Shown: positions 52,458 to 62,049 of the stretch, one piece after another
How positions within the stretch are numbered: the stretch's first letter is position 1
How the letters are laid out: the number at the start of each line of letters is the position of its first letter
Source of the DNA: Bosea sp. 67-29
GTDB lineage: Bacteria > Pseudomonadota > Alphaproteobacteria > Rhizobiales > Beijerinckiaceae
Length of the DNA: 64,000 nt
Reading direction: 5' to 3'
Assembly: GCF_001898115.1 (NCBI RefSeq)
Contig: NZ_MKSQ01000015.1
Span: forward strand, 6,274-70,273
Made by a program: the position numbers and the translations under genes
Notes under the pieces: generated by a model
Told to the model about the DNA's origin: nothing
Seen by the model: the letters and a program-made list of their open reading frames with translations, nothing else
The model's database searches: none

Positions 52458-52487
52458 TCAAGATAGTTCATATATAAACAATCTTGA
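52458..52487. promoter_or_regulatory. 30-bp AT-rich palindrome, putative operator of the beta-oxidation operon
   Basis: TCAAGATAGTTCATATATAAACAATCTTGA; 13 of 15 pairs complementary; 46 bp upstream of the ATG. Confidence 0.65.
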
Positions 52488-52551
52488 GCAGCTTGCAATG
52501 GGGCGACCGGCATATTCGCCCGCCGCGACGGCCGATCTAAGGCCGAGGCAT

Positions 52552-52577
52552 AAAAAAACCCCGGCGAACCGGGGTTT
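52552..52577 (-). terminator. Intrinsic terminator of the MerR gene
   Basis: AAACCCCGG-TTCG-CCGGGGTTTTTTT on the minus strand. Confidence 0.85.
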
Positions 52578-52602
52578 GGAAATTGTCTTGGGGGGGCGGC
52601 GG

Positions 52603-53061
52603 TCAGGCCGATCCGAGCCGCGCAAGCGCGCCCTCAAGTTCCTTGATCGCGTCCTCGATCTCGGCGCGCTGGCTGCGCAGGAGGTCGAGCTGCTCGACGA
52701 TCTGCTCGCGGGACAGGTGAAGCCCGCCGACGGCAGCCGACTTCTCGGCGGCGCCCGCCTTCTTGTCCTCGTTGGCAAGCATCGCGCGGATCTCGATGAG
52801 CGTGAAGCCGAGCTGCTTGCCCTTGAGGATGAGCGCCAGCCGGGCGCGGTCGCGCGCCGAGTAGATCCGCGTCATGCCCGAACGGGCGGGGGCGATCAGA
52901 CCCCTGGATTCGTAAAAGCGCAGGGTGCGCAGCGTCACCCCGAAATCACGGGCGAGGTCGCTGATCGTGAAGCCTCCGGCATCGGCGCCGTCGTCCGAGG
53001 CAGTATCCACGCGGGTCTCATGAATCGAGGAACCCGCCAAAGCCGTGCTGTGGCGCGACAT
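52603..53061 (-). CDS. MerR family transcriptional regulator (start 53061 or 53100)
   Basis: FTISDLARDFGVTLRTLRFYESRGLI.P.R.G..R.Y..RDRARL..ILKGKQLGFTL.EI. Confidence 0.92.
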   Translation of the reverse strand: MSRHSTALAGSSIHETRVDTASDDGADAGGFTISDLARDFGVTLRTLRFYESRGLIAPARSGMTRIYSARDRARLALILKGKQLGFTLIEIRAMLANEDKKAGAAEKSAAVGGLHLSREQIVEQLDLLRSQRAEIEDAIKELEGALARLGSA

Positions 53062-53261
53062 GCGTTCAATCCTTGAAGAGGGACCGCTTCGCCGACTCAT
53101 ACTGGCAGCGTCGCTGGTGGGTGAGAGAGCAGGATGCAGCAAGCCCTCTCCTAGCGTCAGGTAATCCATCCCTATCGCGGGGTAAGTTACGGTTACATGT
53201 AAACGAAACCCTGCTTTTGGAATGGCGCTTTTGGAAAAAATTAACGGGTGAGGCCGAATTC

Positions 53262-53277
53262 TTAACCCGCTGTTTAC
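53262..53277 (+). promoter_or_regulatory. CtrA-like site upstream of podJ
   Basis: TTAA-CCCGCTG-TTTAC, plus a half site TTAAC at 53241. Confidence 0.5.
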
Positions 53278-53421
53278 CATGTCGGCGAAATCTCGGATGC
53301 GCGGACCGGCTTCTCGACGTCGTCAACGTTCCTTTCATGGATCGCCGGATCGCGCGGAGGCAGCGGTGTTCAGGGAGCCGCGCCGGCACGCAGGAGCAAG
53401 ACCCTGGAGGCGAGCACAATC

Positions 53422-56400
53422 ATGGCGAACAGCTTGCCCTGGAGCGTGAAGGGCGTCGATCCGAGAACGCGCGACGCGGCGAAGGCGGCGGCGCGGAGGG
53501 CGGGCATGACGCTGGGCGAATGGCTCGACCACAAGATCCGCGTCGAGAGTGCAGAGCAGCAGCCGGCGGGAGCTTCGGCAGCGGTGCCCGAGCAGCTCGA
53601 CATCGCGGCGCTTTCGGAGCGCCTCGCGCAGCTGTCGCAGGGCAAGACCGACACCGCGCCCCGCGCCGAGCCCCGCGCCCCGTCACGCTCCGAGATCGAC
53701 TCGCTCATCCGCCAGGCCGCGACGGCCGAGAAGCTTACGCGCGAGACGAGCACCCGCACGGCCGGAGCCCTCGATTCCATCGCGCGCTGGATCGAGCAGG
53801 CCGAGGACCGGATGGCGTCCGGCGAACGCGCTGCCGCCGAGCGGCAGGAGCGGGCGACCAACGTCATCGCCGAGGCCATCAAGACGATGGGCGACCGGAT
53901 CGTCGAGATCGAGCGCCGTGCCGGCGAGGCCCGCCCGCAGGCCAGCGAGCGCGCGCCGCGGCTGGCCTTCAGCCGCGACGGCCTCGCCGCCGCCGTCACC
54001 GACATCCGCACGCGCCAGCGCCTGCTCGACCGCGAGGAGGAAGCTCCAGCGCAGCCGATGCAGGAGCGCATCTCGGCGCTGCGCGAAGATCTGCGCGGCC
54101 TCGGCGCGAGGCTGTCGCCGGACACACGCCGCCCGGGCGGCCAGCAGCGTCCGGCCGCGCCCTTCGCCAGCGACTTCGCCCATGCCATCGAGAGCAAGAT
54201 CGCGGCACTGGGCGAGCGCCTCGACAAGCTCGCCGGCAGCGACCATTTCGAACCGGTCCTGAAGCCGCTGGCCCGGCTGGAGGCGGAGGTCTCGCGGCTG
54301 TCGCGCGACCGTGCGGGCGACGACTACCATCACATCCAGCACGAGATCGCGCATCTGGCGGGCAAGATCGACGCCCTCGCCGCCGGCGGCAACGGCGCCG
54401 ATCTGGCGCCGCTCGCGCGGGACATGGCCGAGCTGCGCGGCCTCGTCCTGCAGAGCGGCAACGATCAGCGCCTGGAGGAGCTCTCGCAGCAGATCGCCAT
54501 GCTCGGCTTCGAGCTGGGGCGCCTGCGCGAGACCCAGCCGGACCTGCGCGAGATGCGCAACCTCTCCGCCGCCATCGAGGATGTTCGCGGCGCCGTCCTC
54601 TCCGATCATGGACGCGGCTTCGACCCGGCGCCGCTCGCGGCGCTCGCAGGCCAGATCGACAGGCTGTCGCAGAAGGTCGACGAGGCCGCGACGCAGCGGC
54701 CCGCCGATCAGCTCGACCACCGCATCGACGCCCTCCAGCAGCATATCGAACGGCTCGCCGAGCATAGCCCGGCCGCCGTCACGCGCCAGATCGAAGCGCT
54801 GGCGGAACGGATCGAGAGCATCGCGGCCTCGAGCGAGTTCGCCCGCATGGCCGAGAGCCGTCAGGCTCAGACCGATCTGAGCCCGATCGAGGACATGCTG
54901 CGCCATCTCGCCGAGAAGATCGACGAAGCCGGCACGCCCGGTGCGAAGGCGGATTCCTTCGAGGCGCTCGAGCAGCAGATCTCGGGCATCGCCGCGCGGC
55001 TCGACGAGGCCGCGGCGACGCGCACCGCCGAGAGCGGCATCGAGCGGACGCTGCAGGACCTCGTGGTGCACCTGCGTTCCATGCGCGACGAGACCGCGGC
55101 CGAGCGGGCCGCGCTGGCACAGGCGACCAGTTCGGCCGCGCCCGGAAAGGGCATCACCGAGCTGTCGAGCCTCGTCACGGGCCTGAGGGACACGCAGGTG
55201 TCCTCGGAACGCCAGACCCAGGACGCGCTCGGCGCCCTGAACCAGACGCTCGAAGCGATCATGGGCCGCCTGTCGAACCTCGAGGGCGAGCTGCTGGCCG
55301 ACCGCAAGGCGCCCGCCGGACGCGCCGCGGCCGCCCGCGCTCCGGACCCTGTGATGCGCGCCGCCCCGCCGCAGCCGCGCGAGCCGCTGGCCGGCGCAGC
55401 GGCCATGCAGCGGGACCGGAGCACTTCCGGAAGCGACATGCCAGCCCGGACCGAGCCGACGCTCGGCATGCCGAACTCGGCTTTCGACTTGCCGCTCGAG
55501 CCTGGCTCGGGCCGCCCTCGTCCGGATGCCTCCGCCGGGACCGGCCAGGATGCGCAGTCGGTCCGCCAGAGCCTGATCGCCGCCGCACGCCGTTCGGCGA
55601 AGGCCGCAAGCGAGGCGGCCGCCGCGCCCACCCCGGCCGCGGAACCGTCGGCGAAGGGCCCCGGCCGGCTGCGCGAGATGATGGACAAGCGCAAGCGCCC
55701 GCTGCTTCTCGGGCTGGCCGCGCTGATCCTGGCGCTCGGAACCGCGCAGGTCGTCACCAGCACGCTGCGCAAGGGCACGAAGACCGTCAGCAACGAAAGC
55801 CCGAGCCTGGTCGCTCCCCCGGTCGCCCCGCCGGAATCTCAGCCTGCCAAGCCTGACGCCGCGCCCGAGAAGGCGCCGGCCAAGGACCAGTCCTCGGCGG
55901 CTCCCGCATCGAACGCGACCGCGGCCCAGGAGGCCGAGGTCCCTGCCGCGCCCGAATCGGCAGCTGCGCGGACCCAGGCATCGGCGCCCGAAGCGACGCC
56001 CGACGCGGCCGCCTCCCGGCCCGCCGGCGAACAGATCCAGGCCGTGACCGGCCTCGGCGACCTGCCGACCGGCCTGGGCAGCGCCGGGCTGCGCAAGGCG
56101 GCGCTCGATGGCGACGCACGCGCCGTCTACGAGCTCGCCAGCCGTGCCGCGGACGGCCCCACCGGCTCGCGCGACGCCAAGCTTGCGCTGCGCCTGTTCG
56201 AGCGTGCCGCTGTCGCCGGGCTCGCACCGGCCCAGTTCCGGCTCGGCAACATGTTCGAGAAGGGTGTCGGGGCACCGCGGGATCTCTCGCTGGCGCGGAT
56301 CTGGTATCAGCGCGCCGCCGAGCGCGGCAACGCCAAGGCGATGCATAACCTCGCCGTGCTCTCGGCCGAAGGCGCCGCCGGCAAGCCCGACTACGCGACC

Positions 56401-56745
56401 GCGGCGACCTGGTTCGCGAAGGCGGCCGAGCTCGGCGTTCGCGACAGCCAGTACAACCTCGCCGTTCTGCTCGGCCGCGGCCTCGGCGCCCCGACCGACC
56501 TGGCGCAATCCTATGTCTGGTTCGCCGTGGCAGCCGCCCAGGGCGACGAAGACGCCGCCCGCAAGCGCGACGAGGTCGCCCAGCGCCTGAAGCCCGACGA
56601 GCTCGCCACGGCCAAGGCGCGTGCTGCCGGGTGGAAGCCGAAGGTGCTCGACGGTGCCGCCAACGAGGTGACGCCACCCGCCAAGGGCTGGGATGCGAGT
56701 CCGACGGCGACGACCGCCAAGCCCGGAAAACCGGCGCGAAGCTGA
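53422..56745 (+). CDS. podJ: Polar organising protein PodJ-like (coiled coil, TM, Sel1 repeats)
   Basis: PWSVKGVDP..R.AAK.AARRAGMTLGEWL N-terminus; long coiled coil; TM; Sel1 repeats AQFRLG, AMHNLA, SQYNLA. Confidence 0.8.
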   Translation: MANSLPWSVKGVDPRTRDAAKAAARRAGMTLGEWLDHKIRVESAEQQPAGASAAVPEQLDIAALSERLAQLSQGKTDTAPRAEPRAPSRSEIDSLIRQAATAEKLTRETSTRTAGALDSIARWIEQAEDRMASGERAAAERQERATNVIAEAIKTMGDRIVEIERRAGEARPQASERAPRLAFSRDGLAAAVTDIRTRQRLLDREEEAPAQPMQERISALREDLRGLGARLSPDTRRPGGQQRPAAPFASDFAHAIESKIAALGERLDKLAGSDHFEPVLKPLARLEAEVSRLSRDRAGDDYHHIQHEIAHLAGKIDALAAGGNGADLAPLARDMAELRGLVLQSGNDQRLEELSQQIAMLGFELGRLRETQPDLREMRNLSAAIEDVRGAVLSDHGRGFDPAPLAALAGQIDRLSQKVDEAATQRPADQLDHRIDALQQHIERLAEHSPAAVTRQIEALAERIESIAASSEFARMAESRQAQTDLSPIEDMLRHLAEKIDEAGTPGAKADSFEALEQQISGIAARLDEAAATRTAESGIERTLQDLVVHLRSMRDETAAERAALAQATSSAAPGKGITELSSLVTGLRDTQVSSERQTQDALGALNQTLEAIMGRLSNLEGELLADRKAPAGRAAAARAPDPVMRAAPPQPREPLAGAAAMQRDRSTSGSDMPARTEPTLGMPNSAFDLPLEPGSGRPRPDASAGTGQDAQSVRQSLIAAARRSAKAASEAAAAPTPAAEPSAKGPGRLREMMDKRKRPLLLGLAALILALGTAQVVTSTLRKGTKTVSNESPSLVAPPVAPPESQPAKPDAAPEKAPAKDQSSAAPASNATAAQEAEVPAAPESAAARTQASAPEATPDAAASRPAGEQIQAVTGLGDLPTGLGSAGLRKAALDGDARAVYELASRAADGPTGSRDAKLALRLFERAAVAGLAPAQFRLGNMFEKGVGAPRDLSLARIWYQRAAERGNAKAMHNLAVLSAEGAAGKPDYATAATWFAKAAELGVRDSQYNLAVLLGRGLGAPTDLAQSYVWFAVAAAQGDEDAARKRDEVAQRLKPDELATAKARAAGWKPKVLDGAANEVTPPAKGWDASPTATTAKPGKPARS

Positions 56746-56918
56746 TCATCCTGCCGAACCGTCATGCTTCCGACGTGTTGGCGCGGCAGGAGGAAAAATC
56801 GTTTCTCGAGGCGGGCCGGAAGCGGCCCGTCTTGCGTTTTCGACAGTTCGTTTCAACCCGGGTAGCCTGGGAACCTCGGCGAGAGCGCTCGCTCGAACGC
56901 CGTCGATGAGGGGTAGAA

Positions 56919-57848
56919 GTGCAGATTTACCTGCCGATCGCCGAGCTCCCGATCAGCGTGCTGATGGTGCTCGGGCTGAGCGGCGCCGTCGGGTTCATCT
57001 CAGGGCTGTTCGGCGTGGGAGGCGGCTTCCTGCTCACCCCGCTCCTGATCTTCCTCGACATTCCGCCGGCGGTCGCGGTCGCAACCGTCGCCGCGCAGGT
57101 CGCAGGCTCCTCCACCACGGGCGTGCTCACCTATCTCCGGCGCAGGGCGCTCGATCTCAAGCTGGGCAGCGTCCTGGTCTCGGGCGGCATCATCGGCACC
57201 GTGCTGGGCGTGCTGTTCTTCAACACGATGCGCCGGCTCGGCCAGCTCGAGCTCGTCATCACCCTCTCCTATGTCACGCTGTTCTCGATCATCGGCGGGC
57301 TGATGCTCTACGACGCGTTGCGGGCGATGCTGCGGGTCAGGGCCGGCAAGCCGGCCCGGCTGAAGCGGCGAGGCGGCACGCATCCCTGGTGGATGGGCCT
57401 GCCCTTCCGCCAGCGCTTTCCACGCTCCGGCCTGTATTGCAGCGTCCTGCCGATCGCGCTGCTCGCCGTCGTCATCGGCTTCATCGGCGCGGTGCTCGGC
57501 GTCGGCGGCGGCTTCATCCTGGTGCCGGCACTGATCTACTTCTTCCGCATTCCGCCAGCCGTCGTCGTCGGCACCTCACTTTTCCAGATCCTGGTGACGA
57601 TGACAGGCGCCACGCTGCTGCACGCCGTCACCAACCAGTCCGTCGACATCATCCTCGCCATCCTGCTGCTGCTGGGCGGGGTGATCGGCGCGCAATTCGG
57701 CGGCCGTGCCTCCCGCAATCTCAACGTCGAATCCTTCCGGCTGCTGCTCGCCCTGCTGATCCTGTCGGTGGGGTTGCGCTTCGCGATCGAACTCTTTCTC
57801 GCGCCGAGCGAACCTTTCTCGGTCGTCGTTCCGGAGAGCGCGCGATGA
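56919..57848 (+). CDS. TauE/SafE family membrane protein (GTG start)
   Basis: MQIYLPIAE, SGLFGVGGGFLLTP and GVGGGFILVP repeats. Confidence 0.9.
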   Translation: MQIYLPIAELPISVLMVLGLSGAVGFISGLFGVGGGFLLTPLLIFLDIPPAVAVATVAAQVAGSSTTGVLTYLRRRALDLKLGSVLVSGGIIGTVLGVLFFNTMRRLGQLELVITLSYVTLFSIIGGLMLYDALRAMLRVRAGKPARLKRRGGTHPWWMGLPFRQRFPRSGLYCSVLPIALLAVVIGFIGAVLGVGGGFILVPALIYFFRIPPAVVVGTSLFQILVTMTGATLLHAVTNQSVDIILAILLLLGGVIGAQFGGRASRNLNVESFRLLLALLILSVGLRFAIELFLAPSEPFSVVVPESAR

Positions 57849-58627
57849 AACGGATCCTGCGCAGCGCGGCCATTCTGGTTTCCCTGCTGCCCGCACTTCT
57901 GCCTGCGGCCACGGCCGGCCGTGCCGAGGGGCTGATCGCGGCGATGTCCAGCCATCAGATCCAGATCACCTCGAACTACACCGGCAGCCAGCTCACCGTC
58001 TTCGGTCTCGTCGAGCGCGACGGGCGCAGCGTCTCGCGCGGCGACCCCTACGACCTCGTCGTCACGGTGCGCGGGCCGCGCCGCATGCTGCTCGTGCGCC
58101 AGAAGGAGCGCCTGGGGCCGATCTGGATCAACAGCACGCAGCGGCGCTTCCCCGACAACCCGGTGTTCCTGTTCGTCGCGACGAACAGGCCGATCAGCGA
58201 GATGATGGGCGAAGACACCGCCCGGCGCGACCGCATCGGCCTGGTCAATGCCGAACGTGGCGCGCAAGCCTGGTTCGACGACAGCACCACGGCCCTGTTC
58301 CGGGAAAGCCTCGTCAGGATCATGCAGAACAAGGGGCTCTACGCCTATGAGGAACGAGGCGTGACCTTCCTCTCCAGCGCCCTGTTCAGCGCGCCGATCG
58401 ACGTGCCGGCCACGGCCCCGACGGGCTCCTACACCGTCGATGTCGTGCTCTATGCCGGCGGCGTGCCGCTGGCGCGCCAGCAGACCAATTTCGAGGTGAT
58501 CAAGACCGGTACCGAGCAGCGCCTGGCTTCCGGCGCCTACGAATGGCCCTGGCTCTACGGTCTGGTCACCGTCGTGCTGGCGCTGGTCTTCGGCTGGGGC
58601 GCCAGCGTCGTCTTCCGGCGCGACTGA
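57845..58627 (+). CDS. TIGR02186 family membrane protein
   Basis: IQITSNYTG..L.VFG, VRQKER.GPIW.N, C-terminal TM; ATGA-coupled to the TauE gene. Confidence 0.85.
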   Translation: MKRILRSAAILVSLLPALLPAATAGRAEGLIAAMSSHQIQITSNYTGSQLTVFGLVERDGRSVSRGDPYDLVVTVRGPRRMLLVRQKERLGPIWINSTQRRFPDNPVFLFVATNRPISEMMGEDTARRDRIGLVNAERGAQAWFDDSTTALFRESLVRIMQNKGLYAYEERGVTFLSSALFSAPIDVPATAPTGSYTVDVVLYAGGVPLARQQTNFEVIKTGTEQRLASGAYEWPWLYGLVTVVLALVFGWGASVVFRRD

Positions 58628-58639
58628 CGGAACGGACAC

Positions 58640-59878
58640 TCAGCCAAGGAGCGCCGCATAGGGCAGGAACGGCTGGATGCTGCCCTGCTCGGCCCCGGCC
58701 CGGTCCGGCGCCAGCTCGACCAGCCCGTCGGATTGCACCAGCGAGACCAGGGAGCCCGCGCCTTCGCCCGGATGCTTCCGCGCCACAGGCAGCCCGTCGG
58801 AGGCGGGTTCCAGCGAAGCGCGCAGGAACTCGCGCCGCCCGGCCCTGCCGCGATGCGCGAAGCCGAGCCGGACCTGTTGCCGCGTCAGCGGCGGGCAACC
58901 GGTCCCCGCCAGCCGCGCAAGCATCGGGCGCGCCACGAAGGCAAAGGTTACGAAGACAGCGACCGGATTTCCGGGCAATCCGAGGAAGGGCGTGCCGCCG
59001 ACCCGGCCGACCGCGACCGGCTTGCCCGGCTTGATCGCCACGCGCCAGAAATCGAGCGAGGCGAGCGCCGACCTGACGTGATCTTCCTCGCCGACCGAGA
59101 CCCCGCCCGAGGTGATGACCAGGTCGCAGTCGGCGGCCGCTTCGGCGAGCTGCGCGGCAACGCGGTCGCGGTCGTCCCGCAGGATACCGAGATCGACGGT
59201 TTCGGCGCCGGAGCGTGCGAGCAGCGCCCGCAGCATCGCCCTGTTCGCGTCGTAGATCCCGGCCGGCGGCAGGGGGGCGCCCGGCTCGGTCAGTTCATCG
59301 CCGGTCGAGAACAGCGCCACGCGCGGGCGCCGGCGCACCACCACGTGATCGCGCCCGAGCGCTGCCAGCAGGCCGAGATCCTGCGGCCGCAGACGATGAC
59401 CGGGCGCGAACAGGCTGTCCCCCGGCGCGACATCCTCGCCAGCCGGCCGCAGATTGTCGCCCCGTCGCAAGCCCGGCGGCAGCACGACGGCGTCGCCGTC
59501 GTCGCCGACATCCTCCTGCATGACCACCGTGTCGGCGCCAAGCGGCATCGCGGCACCGGTGAAGATGCGCAAGACGCCGGGCGCGGCCAGGGTTCCCGGC
59601 GCCTCGCCCGCCGCCGTCCGGCCTAGAACCGGCAGGCGGGTTGCGGCTCCCGTGGCGAGATCGTCGAACCGCAGTGCGTAGCCGTCGACCGCCGAATTGG
59701 CGAAGGGCGGCAGCGGCAGACCCGCCCGGATCTCCTCGGCGAGGACACGGCCATCGGCCTGCGACAAGGGCAAGCTGCGGGTGCCGGCGACCGGAGCGAC
59801 CAGGGCAGCCGCCCGCGCGCCGGCTTCCTCGACCGGCATCAGGGCATCGGCGGGTTCCGTGCCGCTCAGGCGCACCAC
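58640..59878 (-). CDS. moeA: Molybdopterin molybdotransferase
   Basis: SAVDGYA, IFTGAAMP.GADTVVMQE, FSTGDEL, TSGGVSVG, KPGKP, GLPGNP. Confidence 0.95.
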   Translation of the reverse strand: MVRLSGTEPADALMPVEEAGARAAALVAPVAGTRSLPLSQADGRVLAEEIRAGLPLPPFANSAVDGYALRFDDLATGAATRLPVLGRTAAGEAPGTLAAPGVLRIFTGAAMPLGADTVVMQEDVGDDGDAVVLPPGLRRGDNLRPAGEDVAPGDSLFAPGHRLRPQDLGLLAALGRDHVVVRRRPRVALFSTGDELTEPGAPLPPAGIYDANRAMLRALLARSGAETVDLGILRDDRDRVAAQLAEAAADCDLVITSGGVSVGEEDHVRSALASLDFWRVAIKPGKPVAVGRVGGTPFLGLPGNPVAVFVTFAFVARPMLARLAGTGCPPLTRQQVRLGFAHRGRAGRREFLRASLEPASDGLPVARKHPGEGAGSLVSLVQSDGLVELAPDRAGAEQGSIQPFLPYAALLG

Positions 59879-60073
59879 GGCGAATCCTGCTGCGTTACGC
59901 CACCCATCGTCATCGGAAACCGTCTCTCCCAGGGCTGGCGGCGGCTGCCGCGGCGCTCCCGTTTGTTCCCCGCCGGAGATGCATGGTCAAGCCGCGGCAA
60001 CGCGCCGGTTGCCCCGGCGGGAAATGCCATCATATGAAGCATGGCGATGCGAACCACCCCGGCGGGCGCGACC

Positions 60074-60301
60074 ATGGACACGATTGCGCTCGATCTGCGC
60101 GGCCTCAAATGCCCCCTGCCCGTGTTGCGCGTCCGCAAGGCGCTCGGCGCGGCGACCGCCGGCAGCGTTCTCGTCGTGCAATGCACCGACCCGATGGCGG
60201 CGATCGACCTGCCGAACCTGGTGCGCGAGACGGGAGACCTGATCGAGCGGCAACCCGGCGAAGGGCGCACGCTGGTCTTCCATATCCGCAAGGCGGCCTG
60301 A
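60074..60301 (+). CDS. tusA: TusA family sulfurtransferase
   Basis: LDLRGLKCPLPV (CPxP), TDP.A..D. Confidence 0.88.
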   Translation: MDTIALDLRGLKCPLPVLRVRKALGAATAGSVLVVQCTDPMAAIDLPNLVRETGDLIERQPGEGRTLVFHIRKAA

Positions 60302-60332
60302 GGCTGCCGCGCAAGCAACGGAGTCTATCGAG

Positions 60333-61451
60333 GTGAGCCTTTCCCAAGCCGACATCCTGCGGGCGCTTGAACTGGTGAAGCTGCCGGCGAGCGGGCAGTC
60401 TCTCGCCGCATCGGGCCGGGTCGCCGACATCCTGATCGACGGCGGCAAGGTGATTTTCGCGATCGGCATCGACGCGACGGAGGCGAATGCGATGGAGCCG
60501 GTGCGCAAGGCGGCGGAAAGCGCGGTCGGCGGTCTTCCCGGAGTGACCCAGGTGCTGGTGGGCCTCACCGCCGACAAGGCACCGCCTTCGGCCGGGATGC
60601 AGGCCCGCCAGCAGGCGCATCGCCCCGGCCCCGGCGGCGCACCACCGAAGCCCGCCGGCGTGCCGGGCGTGAAGCAGATCATCGCGGTCGCGAGCGGCAA
60701 GGGCGGCGTCGGCAAGTCGACCACCGCCGCCAACCTCGCCGTCGCCCTGTCGACGCTCGGCCTCAGGGTGGGCGTGCTCGATTCCGACATCTACGGTCCC
60801 TCGATGCCCAAGATCTTCGGCATCACCGGCAAGCCGCAGATCGTTTCCGGCCGCACGCTCGCGCCGCTGGAGGCCTATGGGCTGAAGGTGATGTCGATCG
60901 GCTTCCTCGTCGACGAGGAGACGCCGATGATCTGGCGGGGGCCGATGGTGATCTCGGCGATCACCCAGATGCTGCGCGAAGTCGCCTGGGGTGAGCTCGA
61001 CGTGCTCGTCGTCGACATGCCGCCAGGGACCGGCGACGCGCAGCTCACCATGGCCCAGCAGGTGCCGCTCGCCGGCGCCGTGATCGTCTCGACGCCACAG
61101 GATCTCGCCCTGCTCGACGCGCGCCGGGGCGTAGCGATGTTCAGGAAGGTCGCGGTGCCGATCCTCGGCCTGGTCGAGAACATGAGCTATTTCGTCTGCC
61201 CGGAATGCGGGCACCGTTCCGACATCTTCGCCCATGGCGGCGCTCGGCACGAGGCGGAGCGGCTCGGCGTCCCCTTCCTCGGCGAGATTCCGCTCGCCAT
61301 GCCGATCCGGGAAACCTCCGACGGCGGGCGCCCGATCGTCGCCAGCGATCCGCAAAGTGCCCATGCCAAAGCCTACGTCGCCCTGGCGCGGCAGGTTCAG
61401 GCGGCGCTCGGCGGCGCCGTGAGGGCGGCACCGCGCATCGTCATCGAATAG
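60333..61451 (+). CDS. mrp: Mrp/NBP35 Fe-S cluster carrier ATPase (ApbC)
   Basis: ASGKGGVGKST, DSDIYGPS, IWRGPM, DMPPGTGD, CPEC. Confidence 0.93.
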   Translation: MSLSQADILRALELVKLPASGQSLAASGRVADILIDGGKVIFAIGIDATEANAMEPVRKAAESAVGGLPGVTQVLVGLTADKAPPSAGMQARQQAHRPGPGGAPPKPAGVPGVKQIIAVASGKGGVGKSTTAANLAVALSTLGLRVGVLDSDIYGPSMPKIFGITGKPQIVSGRTLAPLEAYGLKVMSIGFLVDEETPMIWRGPMVISAITQMLREVAWGELDVLVVDMPPGTGDAQLTMAQQVPLAGAVIVSTPQDLALLDARRGVAMFRKVAVPILGLVENMSYFVCPECGHRSDIFAHGGARHEAERLGVPFLGEIPLAMPIRETSDGGRPIVASDPQSAHAKAYVALARQVQAALGGAVRAAPRIVIE

Positions 61452-61475
61452 CCTGCCGCACACTATCGCGACGGC

Positions 61476-61509
61476 TTGACGCCATCGCGGTATTGTTCTC
61501 TATATGTTC
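61476..61509 (+). promoter_or_regulatory. Sigma70-like promoter overlapped by an alphaproteobacterial LexA box
   Basis: TTGACG at 61476; GTTC-TCTATAT-GTTC at 61495-61509 covering the -10 region. Confidence 0.7.
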
Positions 61510-61536
61510 CCATCAATTCAGGATGGAGGGCAAGCG

Positions 61537-61947
61537 ATGGCCGTGTTTCCCGCCCGGCACATCAGCGTCGGCATCGCCCGCCCGGCGCAGGAGGTCTACG
61601 ACTTCCTCTCCGACCCCGCTCATTTCCCGCAATGGGCAGCAGGGCTCGGCCACAGCTTCGAGCATGTCGAGGGCATGACATGGCGGGCGGAGACGCCGAT
61701 GGGGCGGATGCGGGTGCTGTTCAGCGAGCCGAACCGTCACGGCGTGCTCGACCATGCCGTCATCCCCGAGGACGGGCCGGCGATGCACAACCCGATGCGT
61801 GTCGTCGCCAATGGCGATGGAGCCGAGGTCATCTTCACCCTGTTCCAGCGGCCGGGCATGTCCGGCGACGAGATGGCGGCGGATGCGGGGATGGTCGCGC
61901 GCGACCTCGCAGCATTGAAGATCCTGCTGGAGGGCGGACGCGCGTAG
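61537..61947 (+). CDS. SRPBCC / polyketide cyclase-like protein
   Basis: GGAGG RBS; VYDFLSDP..FPQWA.GL, N..GVLDH, NPMRVV.NG.G.EV.FTL, DLAALK.LLE. Confidence 0.85.
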   Translation: MAVFPARHISVGIARPAQEVYDFLSDPAHFPQWAAGLGHSFEHVEGMTWRAETPMGRMRVLFSEPNRHGVLDHAVIPEDGPAMHNPMRVVANGDGAEVIFTLFQRPGMSGDEMAADAGMVARDLAALKILLEGGRA

Positions 61948-62049
61948 AGCATCGGACCGAAAAGTCGAATCCGCCTTTCGGAAGAAAGCGCTGCTCGAGC
62001 CCTGAACTGGATCATCGTTATGGCGTCCGATCAGACGCGCGACGCTCTA
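61945..62049. repeat. MITE/REP-like element with TAGAGC...GCTCTA termini
   Basis: Terminal inverted repeats supply the TAG stops of both convergent genes; internal hairpin GCGTC..GACGC; resembles the 46948-47048 element. Confidence 0.7.

Noticed and set aside
53182-53205. GTAAGTTACGGTTACATGTAAACG as a LiuR-type MerR operator
   Set aside because: TTAC-to-GTAA spacing does not fit the TTAC-N6-GTAA pattern I recall; only a 10-bp palindrome TTACATGTAA is certain
53683-56508. 941-aa minus-strand ORF
   Set aside because: Antisense shadow of podJ
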